Below, one piece after another: positions 11,959 to 23,601 of a DNA stretch of 64,000 nt. A program made the position numbers and the translations under genes. The notes below the pieces were generated by a model that saw only the letters and a list, made by a program, of their open reading frames with translations, was not told the origin of the DNA and did not search any database. The stretch spans positions 54,004,001-54,068,000 of the forward strand of contig CM059432.1 of the NCBI GenBank assembly GCA_030390025.1, given 5' to 3'. This stretch comes from Squalus acanthias (taxonomy: Eukaryota). Positions within the stretch are counted from its first letter, which is position 1. The number at the start of each line of letters is the position of its first letter.

Positions 11959-13119
11959 CTAGAAGCGGCTTGCTATTAGTCGTTGACGGACGGCCCTTGC
12001 AGTTTGACCATTGTGGGCCGCCCTCCTGCCTTGGTGCTGCTGCTGATCATCGTCCTCGGCCTGTTCCTCCTCTTCCTCCTCCTCCTCTTGTGGTGCTGCA
12101 AGGCCTGGTGGCATTGGCTGCGTCCTGAGGATTGCCATGTTGTGCAACATGCAGCACACCACTACGAATTTGGAAACTTGCTCAGGCGAGTACTGCAGGG
12201 CTCCTCCGGAATGGTCCAGACAGCGGAATCGTTGTTTGAGCACGCCGATTGTGCGCTCAATAATGTTCCTGGTTGCTTGTTGGCTTTCCTGGTACCGCAG
12301 CTCAGCAGGGGTGTTTGGCGCACGGAGCGGTGTCATCAGCCAGGTGCTCAATGCGTACCCCTTGTCCCCCAGAAGCCAACCAACTGGCTGATGCGGTGCC
12401 TCGAAAATTTCTGCCACAGTACTCTGGCGCAGGATGAAAGCATCGTGGCAGCTGCCCGGATAGTGGGCATTGACAGCGAGAATCACCTGTCTGTGGTCAC
12501 AGACCAACTGCACATTCAAGGAATGGAACCCCTTTCTGTTCCGGAACTCCTCTGCATTCTCTCGCGGAGCACGCAAAGCCACATGCGTGCAGTCAATGGC
12601 GCCCTGCACCATGGGGAAGCCCGCTACCCTCGCAAAGCCCAGAGCACGGTCACGCTGCTTGTCTGGGGTCATAGGGAAGGAGATGAAGTCTCGTCTCCTT
12701 GTGAAGAGGGCATTGGTGACCTGCCGGATGCAGCGATGCACCGCAAACTGGGAGATATTGGCGAGGTCCCCAACAGCAGCTTGGAATGAGCCAGTGGCGT
12801 AGAAGTTCAAAGCCACTGTGACCTTCACTGCCACCGACAGAGACGTCCTGGACCTCAGCTGAGGCTGCAGATCTGGCTGCAGCAGGTGGCAGAGCTCAGT
12901 GACCACCTCCTTGCTGAATCGCAGCCTTCGCAAACACAGCTCCTCGGACATGTGGATGTAGGAGAGCTGTTCACGATATACCCTGGGAGGGTAAGCTCTC
13001 CTGTACATGCGCCTGATGGCCCTCCTCCGTCTGGCCATCATTGCCACTCTCTGTCTGCGTCTCACTATCCTCCGATTGAGCTGGAGCAGGACGACGCCCC
13101 CAATCATTGCAGCACCCAT
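11959..13119 (-). CDS. Harbinger (HARBI1-like) DDE transposase, 386 aa, intact
   Basis: Uninterrupted ORF with GAIDCTH, GSCHDA, LGDKGY and RNIIERTIGVLKQRF; HTH region LNFYATGSFQ; acidic tail; upstream TATTTAAA near 13317-13324 (-). Confidence 0.95.
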   Translation of the reverse strand: MGAAMIGGVVLLQLNRRIVRRRQRVAMMARRRRAIRRMYRRAYPPRVYREQLSYIHMSEELCLRRLRFSKEVVTELCHLLQPDLQPQLRSRTSLSVAVKVTVALNFYATGSFQAAVGDLANISQFAVHRCIRQVTNALFTRRRDFISFPMTPDKQRDRALGFARVAGFPMVQGAIDCTHVALRAPRENAEEFRNRKGFHSLNVQLVCDHRQVILAVNAHYPGSCHDAFILRQSTVAEIFEAPHQPVGWLLGDKGYALSTWLMTPLRAPNTPAELRYQESQQATRNIIERTIGVLKQRFRCLDHSGGALQYSPEQVSKFVVVCCMLHNMAILRTQPMPPGLAAPQEEEEEEEEQAEDDDQQQHQGRRAAHNGQTARAVRQRLIASRF

Positions 13120-14067
13120 ATTCTCTTTGCCAGAAAAGTAATGAGGTACAGCAACGAAAGTAGCAGCAAAGTTAGGATGAACTAGGCAAAACTACCTCAC
13201 AAAGCGTTGAGTCAATGTAGAAGTCTCTCTCTCTCTCTCTCCGAATCTCTCTCTCTCTCTCTCAGAACGAGTGGTGCATAAATGTCGACCACAGAAAAAG
13301 ACAGGAAGAGGCCCCCTTTAAATAGCGCCCCCCCCCAGCCCCACACCGATTGATAACGTTCCAGTCTTCCGGTCGTTGGAAGCGCCAGGCGGTAAGGCAG
13401 GGGGCGCCACTCAATTTCCGCTCCGGGGCGCCCCAAGGGCGTTGCACCACGGAATGACGTCACAATCTGCGCGCGCAGGTGGTCGCAGCGGTAAGTTTTA
13501 GCGCTGCCGCACAATCTCAAGTTAAGTTCTCGAGCGGCGCAAACAGCGCTGCGCCCGGGCGTTAGCGCCTTAACGCCCCATTAGTGCCCATTTAAGGCGC
13601 TAACGGGAGGCGCAACCAACTGAATTTTTACCCCTTTGTGTTGTGTTTTACTTCCTTGAATAAAAGTCAAAGTTCTTTCATCAAAACCTGTTGTCTACTG
13701 CACCTTTGTTCACAACCCCCAAATAAGTCCAAGGTCTAGAACCAGGGGCATGGGAGCGATTCGAACCGCTCACTGAGTCAGAGGTGAGGCTGACCCCTAC
13801 AACACCACCCCCTACAGAACTGTGCACAGTATGCTATCTCTTGCCAATGAACACTGAAGATACTAGGATATCATTATGAATCAGCAGTCCTTCATTTTAG
13901 TGGCACTGAGGGCTCATCAGGGGATTTTTGTGTCGCCAATGGTCATTGAAAATCTTGATCTCTACAGCGTTAATTTTCAAGAGAGTAGTGAAGATAGAAC
14001 TTAGCTCATAGATTAGTTTTTCAACACTGTTAGTAGCCACTAAGGTAAAGATGAGAATGGAGTCAAT

Positions 14068-14903
14068 GGGCTGGATTTTCAATGACCCGTGGAGTCGGGT
14101 TTGGAGGCGGGGGGGGGGTGGTTAAAGTTGCAGATTCGGGGGTCCCGACCCCATCCCGCCTCCAAGCCAGTTTCTCTGGCGGCGGGTACCCGACCTGTTC
14201 TGAGACCCGACTCCCCGAGGCGGGAAGGGATTAGTGACAATTAACTGCCTGTTAACAGGTAGTTAATAGGCAGTTTTTTGCATAATCCCTATTTTAAAAA
14301 GAAAAGTGTGGGCTTCCCGACAGGTGGCAACCACGCCAAGTTATCGGGGCAGGCTGTGGGTCTGCAGGGGTTGGAGGGGTTGATATGTCCGGTGGGCAGG
14401 TGAGTGATGGGTGCATGTGTGCAGAGGTAAGTGTGTAAGGTAAGTGCTAAGTGTTGGAAAAAGTTTTACTTACCTTAACTTCCTCCTGCAGGTGTCAGCC
14501 CTTCAGTGCTCAGGAGTTAAAAATCTCACCGGCACCGAAAGCAGGAAAACCGTGGTTCTGTCAAAAACTGCAGCCTTCTGTTTTCTTTGGTGGAATGATT
14601 TCTAACTCAGCCTGAGAGGAAGGACTGAAGTTAGAAATCATATTGTGAGTGTTTGACAGCTTCACAGAGCTGTCAAACGCTGATATTTCATCTGTCAAAA
14701 GCTCTTGACAGATGAAATGTCAATCTGTGACGTCACCTGTTGCCGGGTGGGCCTTAATTGGCCTGCTGAGCCTGCTGGGCGGGCTCAACAAGGTCAATCA
14801 AGGGAAAATACAGTGGGTTGGCCACATCTCGATGGAGGCGGGTTCACAAGCCAGAATGTGTGATTCCCGACCCCAACCTGACCCCAGATTCAAAATCCAG
14901 CCC
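14068..14903. mobile_element. Non-autonomous Harbinger-type MITE, 836 bp
   Basis: TIR GGGCTGGATTTT (15/16 when extended), TSD AAT on both sides, no coding capacity. Confidence 0.9.
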
Positions 14904-14938
14904 AATGCGTTGATTGAAGCTGCAGTGTTGAGTTGATT

Positions 14939-15244
14939 TCAGAGCCTGAAGCAAGTCATTTTGCCACTCACGTCAGATGGAACCTTCTTTTTATATTTAT
15001 TAGATCTTTCATGATGATTCCTCTGAAGGTCAGAGAGTTGCCAAATCCTTTCCGTACATATACAACATGAAAATCTGAGGTAGGGTTGGCAATTGTCAGT
15101 GTTCTGATCTAGAAGCAAGCATTTGATGAGGCGAGCATGTCCATCCATCACTGAGAATGAACTTTGGCAGTCTTGACAATGTTTAAGGCCTTCAGTTGGA
15201 TTTGATGCAGTCATTCTGTCAGTTGTAGTAGATGACAAATTCAC
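14939..15244 (-). pseudogene. Probable degenerate DIRS-type retrotransposon ORF1/gag N-terminal Cys/His domain
   Basis: GLKHCQDC...MDGHARLIKCL...NC...F recalls the GFKxCxxC...DGHxxCxxCLG..H..CxxC pattern of vertebrate DIRS ORF1; recognised by eye only. Confidence 0.5.
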
Positions 15245-16277
15245 AGTTTGTTGAAGTATCTTTGTATTTCAAGTTGTTCTTCCCAAAAAAGAACTGTTCC
15301 AAAAGGAAGAGATTAGTTTTGATCATAACCTTTGCAAAAAAACCATTTTGTAGTAAAGTCAGAATCCTGAAGTAATTTGCATGATGCCGAATAGGGAGGA
15401 CTCAATAATGAAGCTGGGGGTTGGGGAGAAATGAACTCATGATCAGGCAGGCTGCCTGACTTTTATAATGCCAATCACAATTCACCCAGTGCTTTCGTGA
15501 TGTCACATTCTGCAATGTCAAGCACGTGACTCCAAGCTGGACAACGGGCAAATCCTGTGTTGTGTTGCGGAATGCTAAATGAAGAAGGATGAAGGAATAC
15601 ATAGTCTGGAAATTGCTTGGCACTGCTCTCGCTCCACCACCGTTACTTCGCTGGAAGTGCAGGGTTTACGCTGCAGTTCTGACGAAGTAATGACAGCAGA
15701 GCGGGAGCAGCTCTGAGGAATTTCCTGGCCCTAATATTATATAAAGTTTGATCAGTCTGAGTAATCACGAGAAAACGTGCCTGAAACCTTGGACTATCCA
15801 TGAGTTCAAGATGATGGATGAAAGGACTGAAAAAAAATTGGAGCCATTTGATTGGCTGCTCGCCTGCTGTTGACTGCTGATTTTTGATTGGAGGTTTGTG
15901 AAATTGTCGATTGATAGTTTTCATTGTTAGTTGCTACATATTGATCACCACATTTGTAGCTATTCAGTTGTGATTTGTTGCTATTTTATGAATATAACAT
16001 TCGAGGCAGTCAGATGAAATTTTTAAAAATAGTTGTAAAAAGGTGCACTACACTACCCGAGGTGTGAGGGGCACAGACGCATACAATACCCAGTGATTTT
16101 TATGATACAGAGAGGTAAATGTTACTTATTAATCATTCCACCTACAAATTAATAGTTATGAAAATCATCTATCGGTTCACAAATAATTTATTTACCACTT
16201 AACAGGGAAACCTTTTTTACTGCTTTTTAAATTTAATTTACATGTCAACTTCAGTCAGCTTACAAAAAAAAAAAAAA

Positions 16278-16495
16278 AAAATACTGCGGATGCTGGAAAT
16301 CTGAAATAAAAACAGAAAATGCTGGAAATACTCAGCAGATCAGGCAGCATCCGAGGAGATAGAAACAAAGTTAACGTTTCAGGTCTGTGACCCTTCATCA
16401 GAACCGGAAAAAGTTTGAGATATAACAGGCTTTAAGCAGGTGCAGGGGAAGCGGGGAGGGGAGGAAAGAACAAAGGGGAAGATCTATGATAAGGC
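16278..16495 (-). mobile_element. Penelope-like element terminal fragment (second family)
   Basis: tactgcggatgctggaaatctgaaataaaaacagaaaatgctgg... carries a hammerhead motif; degraded relative at ~45945-46050. Confidence 0.7.
16370..16404 (-). ncRNA. Minimal hammerhead ribozyme motif
   Basis: Minus strand GUU CUGAUGA A GGGUC ACA GACCU GAAA CG U U AAC: canonical core, stem II, palindromic ACGU stem III. Confidence 0.65.
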
Positions 16496-17129
16496 AGGAC
16501 ACTTCCTCTGTTTTTATTTCAGTCAGTTTACATTGTGTTTGAATGGTACTAAATCCTTTGCTGGCCGGGTTTTCCACTTCTTCAATCACCAGCCCATGAT
16601 TTTCTGTCCTAAAATCAAGTGGTGGTAAATGGCAGAGTGGGGAATGCAGGAATGTAAAATCCCAGCCTAAACGTCCACTGACAGCATTGGCCAGGTTGTA
16701 TGTGCTTGAGTAGCATTGTGCTGTGGTGCTGTAGGAGGGCAGAGAGCTCAGTGGATATACTAGATTCGATCATCTTCCATTGTGGACTTTTAATACAGAG
16801 GTTGGGACTTTACTGTCTTCTGCTACTTAAGCTGTGTCGATTGGTCCCTTGTCATGGAAAATCATTGAATTGGTTTGTTCACAATGTCAAAAATGTGAGG
16901 AAACTGATGGTTGTGTGATTATTATTTGATTAATAAGTACATTTGTTAATTATTTACATTGCTACCTTATTCACATATCGGTTAAATAGTTAAAGTACTA
17001 GCGTGGTGAATGGACAGTAGAATTAACCATATTACTGCCAAGAAAAATGTACTATAGCTATATTAATGATATTTGTAAAATATCCAGATAATTGGAGGTC
17101 AAGGGTACAAATTTCCTATCTGTAATCAC

Positions 17130-19869
17130 GGGGGTAATTTTAAACCCAAGGACGGGTGGATTTGGGGTGGGTGGGAAGTAAAAAAAAATTTATATTTCAA
17201 ACCCGACCCGAAACCCAACCCGCCTCCAACACACCCACTTCCAGTTTTAATGGAGGTGGGTCGGTGGCGGGCGACCAATCCGCTCTTAGCAGGTGGGTCG
17301 GTCATTTAAATCTTCCATTTTAACATGAGATTTATTTCTAACTAATGACGGCCAGGTTTCCTAGAGCTCGGTAAACCCGGCAGGTAAAAGGAGGTGAGAA
17401 GGGTCGGATCAATAAGGTGAGTGCATTTACAGCACTGCTTGTGGGCCAAGAGGAGCAGGAGTGTTTCTTCCAGGCCCAACAAGCAAACCTCTTCACAGAC
17501 CCCGCAATCAGCTGACCATCCTCCCGCCCACTCCCCCATCTCACCCGAACCCCACAAACTCCCCCCAACCTCTAGGATCTCCACCTGACTTCTGCAATCT
17601 CCTCATGACCTTCATGATTTTTTAAAAATGTATTCATTCACAGGATGTGGGCATCGCTGGAAAGGCCAGCATTTATTGACCATCCCTAATTGTCCTTGAG
17701 AAGGTGGTGGTGAGGTGCCTTCTGGAACCGCAGCAGTTCGTGTGGAGAAGGTACTCCCACAGTGCTGTTAGGTAAGGAGTTCCAAGATTTTGACCCAGCG
17801 ACGATGAAGGAACGGCGATATATTTCCAAGTCAGGATCGTGTGTGACTTGGAGGGGAACTTGGAGGGTGTGGTGTTCCCATGCACCTGCTGCCCTTGTCC
17901 TTCTAGGTGGTAGAGGTCGCGGGTTTGAGAGGTGCTGTCGAAGAAGCCTTGGTGAGTTGCTGCAGTGCATCTTGTAGATGGTACACACTGCAGCCACTGT
18001 ACGCCGGTGGGGGAGGGAGTGAATGTTTAAGGTTGTGCATGGGGTGCCAATCAAGCGGGGAACTTTGTCCTCGATGGTGTTGAGCTTCTTGAGTGTTGTT
18101 GGAGCTACAATCATCCAGGCAGATGGAGAGTATTCCATCACACTCCTGACTTGTGCCTTGTAGGTGGTGGAAAGGATTTGGGGAGTCAGATGGTGAGTCA
18201 TTCGATAAAGAATACCCAGCCTCTGACCTACTCTTGTAGCCACAGTATTTATGTGGCTGGTCCAGTTAAGTTTATGGTCAATGGTGACCCCCAGGATGTT
18301 GATGGTAGGGGATTCAACGATGGCAATGCTTTTGAACGTCAAGAGGAGGTGGTTAGACTCTCTCTTATTGGAGATGGGCATCGCCTGGTACTTGTGTGGG
18401 GCATAGGTTACTTGCCACTTAGCAGCCCAAGCTTGGACATTGCCCAGATCTTGCTGTGTGTGGGCACGGACTGCTTCATTATCTGAGGAATATGAATGGA
18501 ACTGAACACTGTGCAGTCATCAGCGAACATCCCCACTTCTAATTTTATGATGGAGGGAAGGTCATTGGTGAAGCAGCTGAAGATGGTTAGGCCTAGGACA
18601 CTGCCCTGAGGAACTCCTGCAGCGATGTCCTGGGGCTGAGCTAATTGGCCTCCAACAACCACAACCATCCTTGTGCTAGGTATGACTCCAGCCAGTGGAG
18701 AGTTTCCCCCCCAGATTTCCATTGACTTCAATTTTACCAGGGCTCCTTGGTGCTACACACTGTCAAATACTGCCTTGATGTCAAGGGTAGTCACTTTCAC
18801 CTCACCTCTGGAATTCAATTCTTTTGTCCATTTTTGGACCAAGAGCATCGGTGAACAGGTTATTAGTGAGTAAGTGCCGCTTGATTGCACTGTCAATGAC
18901 ACCATCCATTACTTTGCTGATGATTGAGAGTAGACTGATGGAGCGGTAATTGGCTGGATTGGATTTTGTTCTGCTTTTTGTGGACAGGACATACCTAGGC
19001 AATTTTCCGCTTTGTCGGGTAGATGCCAGTGTTGCAGCTGTACTGAAACAGCTTGGCTAGAGGCAGGGCTAGCTCTGAAGCACAAGTCTTCAGCAGTACA
19101 GCTGGGATGTTGTCGGGGCCCATAGCTGTATCCAGTGCGCTCAGTCGTCTCTTGATATCACGTGAAGTGAATCAAATTGGCTGAAGACTGACATCTGTGA
19201 TGGTGGGAACCTCAATAGAAGGCCAAGATATATCATCAACTTGTCTTTTGCACTCACGTGCTGAGCTCCGCCATCGTTGAGGATGGGGATGTTCATGGAG
19301 CCTCCTCTTCCCGTTAGTTGTTTAATTGTCCAACACCATTCATGACTGGATGAGGCAGGACTGCAGAGCTTTGATCTGATCCATTGCTTGTGGGATTGCT
19401 TAGCTCTGTCTATAGCATGCTGCTTCCGCTGTTCAGGTGTAGAATGCATGTAGTCCTTTGTTGTAGCTTCACCAAATTGGCACCTCATTTTCAGGTACGC
19501 CTGGTGCTGCTCCTGGCATGTTCTTCTACACTCCTCATTGAACCAGAGTTGGTTGCCTGGCTTGATGCTAATAGTAGAGTGTGGGTAGCCCTGGCCTCCA
19601 TGATCGACCCCATGCCCGTGATCTTCCCCACCCGTGATCTTCCCCCGCCCCCGAACTCTCCCTCCCTCCTTTCCGCTCCCTGGCTGTGGTCTTGTGCCAC
19701 AGGCTTTTCCGCCCGACAGGCAGCCTACCTGTCAATCAGGCTGGCTGTCGGGTGGGAAAACCCACAGAAAAAAAATTCAGCAAGACGTCTGAGAAACCCT
19801 TACTTCTGGGTGTCCCATCCAGAAATCCTGCCCCCACTCTCTCCATGGCCCATTGTAAATTTCAGGGCC
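17130..19869. mobile_element. Probable Harbinger-type MITE split by a LINE
   Basis: Ends gggggtaatttt and aaatttcagggcc resemble the ends of 21110-21644; a C-rich interior lies on both sides of the LINE; no TSD seen. Confidence 0.5.
17633..19580 (-). mobile_element. Non-LTR retrotransposon (CR1/Jockey group) ORF2 3' half, degraded
   Basis: [29 protein letters not shown] and ILGVTIDHKLNW; (TGAA)n tail at 17633-17641; frameshifts. Confidence 0.88.
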
Positions 19870-20589
19870 ATTTCCCGATATGGAGTGCAGTTGTAGGAAA
19901 CATCACACTTACCTAAGTCCACACGGCTTAGGTGCAGTTTGGCATCAAAAGGCGCAAGGACCTCCAAAGGTGCGCAAGAGTACCTCTGGATCTTAATCCA
20001 GCTAAAACGACCAGGCTACCAGCACAACACTCATAAACTTCCTTATGCTTGTCCAGCCAGGACCTCCTTACTTATTAAGGCATGGACTTTCAAGGTTATG
20101 TGAAGCCAAGTATGAAGAATCCCAAGCCCCAGCGAAAGCTGTCAGGTTCCCTTAGTGAACTAGGCTGAGTGGTCAATTATCAACACTGCTGGAGTACTGT
20201 AGACCTGCCAAAGAGGGTTGACTTTGTTCTGAACTTGCATCATCAGATGTCATCTTGGAACTATCTTGAGTCCAAAGAGATCCTGCTTACTTCGCCCAAA
20301 GAGGAGAGTCATACCTAGTGTGGGAAAAATACATTTTCTTTCGCATAGCACAGTTCACTTACACATTTAGACAAGATAGACAAGAAGCATTTTATCAATA
20401 AATTCATGGAAAACTTGTTCTGATTAAAGGCAACAGCTGCTATTTACATTGATGCAGTTATTAGCAATTTAAATCAGTGAAGCAAACTGATCTAGATTTA
20501 AAAGACGCCATGTACTTTAGGCCTGATTCCAAACTTGTGCCGGCATTGGAAACTCATCAGTCGAAGCAGGTAATGCCCCAAGAAGCAAG

Positions 20590-20960
20590 TCTACCACAAC
20601 GTAATCAGCTACCTGGGCATCACAAAGAAAGGGCGCTTGAAGAAGCTGAGGATTACCAGGGAGACTGTGATGATAATTCAGACAAACAAAAGGTTCCAAG
20701 AACAAGTAAGCATCTGCAATGCACTGCCAGTGACACTGAAGATCACCCCAGCCCTCGACTTTTATGCCACAAGGATTTTTCTGTCACCTACAGAGGACAT
20801 CTCAGCAGTCCACCATTTTGCGATGTACTGATCCTTCAAAGAGGTAACTAAGGTCCTGAATAATCAAGCATCCTACTATGTACACCTCAGAAGGAATCAG
20901 CAGCAGACCAGCCACTGCAGTGTGGGAAATTTGTATGAGGATCTAGTTGTCTCGTGCTTT
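20590..20960 (+). pseudogene. Old Harbinger transposase N-terminal remnant
   Basis: KKLRITRETV...NALPVTLKITPALDFYATRIF aligns to RRLRFSKEVV...SLSVAVKVTVALNFYATGSF of the intact transposase. Confidence 0.65.
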
Positions 20961-21109
20961 CAGTCAGCTTTGCAATAGAATGCTATTATTTTCTTTCAGA
21001 CATATTTACAAATATCAACTTGACTCAGCTGGTAGCATTTTCACCTCAGTGTCAACAGATTAGAAATTTGAGCAGCCCCATTCCAGGAAATGAGAACATT
21101 TGACACTCC

Positions 21110-21644
21110 GGCCCTAATTTTAACTCCAGGCCAGTTTTCAACGGATGAGCAGCGGAGTGCGTTAGATCCACACACGCTGCTCCAGAAATAAGGCCGAGGT
21201 ATTTTAACTTTTGGGCCTCATTTGAATCCCGCCAGCCAACTTCCTATCCAGTCCAGGTGGGAAGTCGGCAGACAGTGGCGGAAGATCGTGCAGCCCTGCT
21301 CCTTTTGGTGCCACAAGAAAAATAAAGATACAAAATGAAAACTTCCCTTGTGGGGCTTCTTTTGCCCCAATTCTCTTTGGCATTGAGTTGGCCTGGCAGG
21401 AAACTCACCTCCGCGTCCCACTCAGGCTGCTTAGTTAAAATTGCAGTCGGGCCTTGATGACATCATCAGAACCCGACATGCATATATTAAAAAGGACCCC
21501 AACGGCTTTTGGCGGGTGTCCTTGCTACCTGATCAGTTGGTTAAAATCACATATGGTCAGCACCCGGGCAGATAAGTGACCTGGCCGATTTTAACTGCCT
21601 GGCCGCCTGGTTTCTGCCTTGTGGGCAGGGTTAAAATCGCCCCC
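21110..21644. mobile_element. Harbinger-type MITE
   Basis: Ends ggccctaattttaac / gttaaaatcgccccc; a core motif resembling ctgctcc..ggcc.cacaag is shared with 6410-6445, 17440-17480 and 62660-62700. Confidence 0.55.
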
Positions 21645-22261
21645 AGTAACACCATCAGTTGTGCTTTTTCAAAAAAATCAGTTACCGCAAATCATTATTA
21701 ATCCATTAGAGCTGTCGCCTTTTGCACACTCCTATTACAAATGGGGATGGGGTATTTAAAAAAACATGCACATAAACAAAATGAGGTTGATTTCAGATGC
21801 ACAAAGTGGATCCAGATACTTAAGTACAAAATAAGAAAAGGCTCTGTTCCTGCCATTTCCCTTCTATTGATAACTCAGGCTCTTCTTCCTCCTGGGATGT
21901 GTCACTACATTTGATAACAGAAATGACCTGTGCATTGTAGATCATCCACTGTCCAGCACACAATATTGGCTCGGTTTAGCCCTTCCAGTCCATATATCTC
22001 CCCTGGTCCTCTGCCCCAGTCCCAGTCCCAGGCCCAGGTCCTATTCCTGGCAGTCTCTCGAATGTGTCACAGTATAGAGTCAAAAAAATTTTAATGCTTG
22101 CATTCGATGTATACTTGGAACAACTAGTCCGCACAGACAGAGTGCTATTTTTTGGAGTCCAGTTTGCAATTAGTAATTTGCCAGGCTTTCAATGCCAAAA
22201 TTGGACTGTCCAGTTCATAAATGGGCAGTATTAACCTTGACATAATTCTGTTTATTCCTGT

Positions 22262-23161
22262 TGTAGCAAAAAGTCTTTTGCTGATTAAAATTGGCTGTCA
22301 TTATGCTTGACCGAAGGCCGTGTTGCTGGGAAAATTCCGTAATCAACAATGGAACTTTTGCAGCTACAAGCTATTTACAGATAAGGAAGTAGACAGTGAG
22401 GTGTTATGAAGCTACAATCAAGACATCTGAAAGTAGGCCTGCAAGACAGAACACAAGTCAACGACCTTTGCACAATGTGTTGCTGATCACCTCTGCAAAC
22501 TTTGCAACACTCTCAGACATTGTTTAAGTGGCCTCGAGTCTGATAAGGAGATAAAGACGTTAATAGCTGACAATAACCAGTAAACTCAGGACACAATGGA
22601 AGAATGCCAACTCGACCAACTCCTCCCACATACCGGAGAAAGAAGGGAACGCCCCTTTGCAGCACCCAGACTGATTTACGTAGAAGAATAAAAGACAACG
22701 ACCATAAATATATCTTCACTGCAGTCAGAAGGAGGTGGTTTGGCCAGTCATCTCGCCTATGAGGATAGGGCTGCAGTCAGAAGGAGGTGGTTTGGCCAGT
22801 CATCTCCCCTACGAGGACCTGCTGCAGTTGGAAGAGGTGGCTTGGCCAGTCATCTTGCCTATGAGGATAGGGCTGCAGTCGGAAGAGGGGTATGACTTGG
22901 TCGGTTGGCCCAAAGAACCTACAATCAACACGAACTGACCATCCGTGGGTGATCGTATGTATATCCTATCTGCAACATATGTTAGTGGTGACGGGCATTG
23001 TATTGCAACAAGTTTAGTTTTGACATTGTATTGTAACCTTTGATCTCTGACGTCTCAATAAAGTTGAATTAAGTCGGAATCCGCGTTTGTGTCAATTACT
23101 CACTTATAATTCTTGGGTCAGAATCTTAAACCTGTGATGTCCCAAAAGGAAACGTCTTACA
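22262..23161 (+). mobile_element. Solo LTR, 900 bp
   Basis: TGTA...TACA termini, TSD CTGT (22258-22261 / 23162-23165), AATAAA near 23057. Confidence 0.82.
22719..22890. repeat. 51-52-bp tandem repeat (~3.4 copies) inside the LTR
   Basis: ctgcagtcagaaggaggtggtttggccagtcatctcgcctatgaggataggg-like units at 22719, 22771, 22822 and 22873. Confidence 0.9.
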
Positions 23162-23601
23162 CTGTCTTTCGGATGATTTTTTAAAATATTTTTCTTAACC
23201 AGTGAGTACTGTTGGCATCCTTAAGTGAAGCAGCTAGAAGGAGTTAAAGTAGCAACACCCTGGGCTAATGGCTGTGTTTCTCTTGATAAGTCAGCTCTCC
23301 CACCCAGACAGAGGCCAGAATCTTTACCTTGGAGTCAGGCCGGGTAGCGGGTCGGGAACCTGAAGATTTGAAAAGCGCGTTCTGCACTGCACATTTAACT
23401 CAATAGCCCCAATTTAAAGAGTCATGCACGTTTACCGGCCCAATTAAATGGAGTGGGTCTGATGACATCACCGATGACTCATTTTCAGCGTGGATATTTA
23501 AAGCAGCCTTGCACACATCTCATTTGAAGGATGATGTAGGAGTGTAGAAGGTGGTTTCAAGAAGTCTAAATTACGGAATAAGACTGACAAATCTGTGGGT
23601 C

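Larger units (their letters stand above)
9344..13634. mobile_element. Apparently intact autonomous PIF/Harbinger transposon, 4291 bp (lineage A)
   Basis: TIRs GGGGTAGAAATT / GGGGTAAAAATT (11/12), 3-bp TSD TTT, two convergent open genes, subterminal TAGCGCC motifs. Confidence 0.95.
8306..13816 (+). mobile_element. Solo LTR (~1.2 kb net; 8306-9343 plus 13635-13816) split by the intact Harbinger
   Basis: Termini TGTAAGG...CCCTACA, 4-bp TSD GAAC (8302-8305 / 13817-13820), AATAAA near 13659, no internal pol. Confidence 0.85.

Noticed and set aside
11983..12789. 268-aa plus-strand ORF and similar antisense ORFs over Harbinger genes
   Set aside because: Antisense shadows of GC-rich coding sequence with no recognisable domain.
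11959..13119. Host domesticated HARBI1 gene
   Set aside because: It lies between TIRs with a TSD, has a Myb partner and has multiple paralogous copies nearby, so it is a transposon gene.
20477..20851. 124-aa ORF as a host exon
   Set aside because: An overlapping frame matches Harbinger transposase, so this is a decayed transposon.
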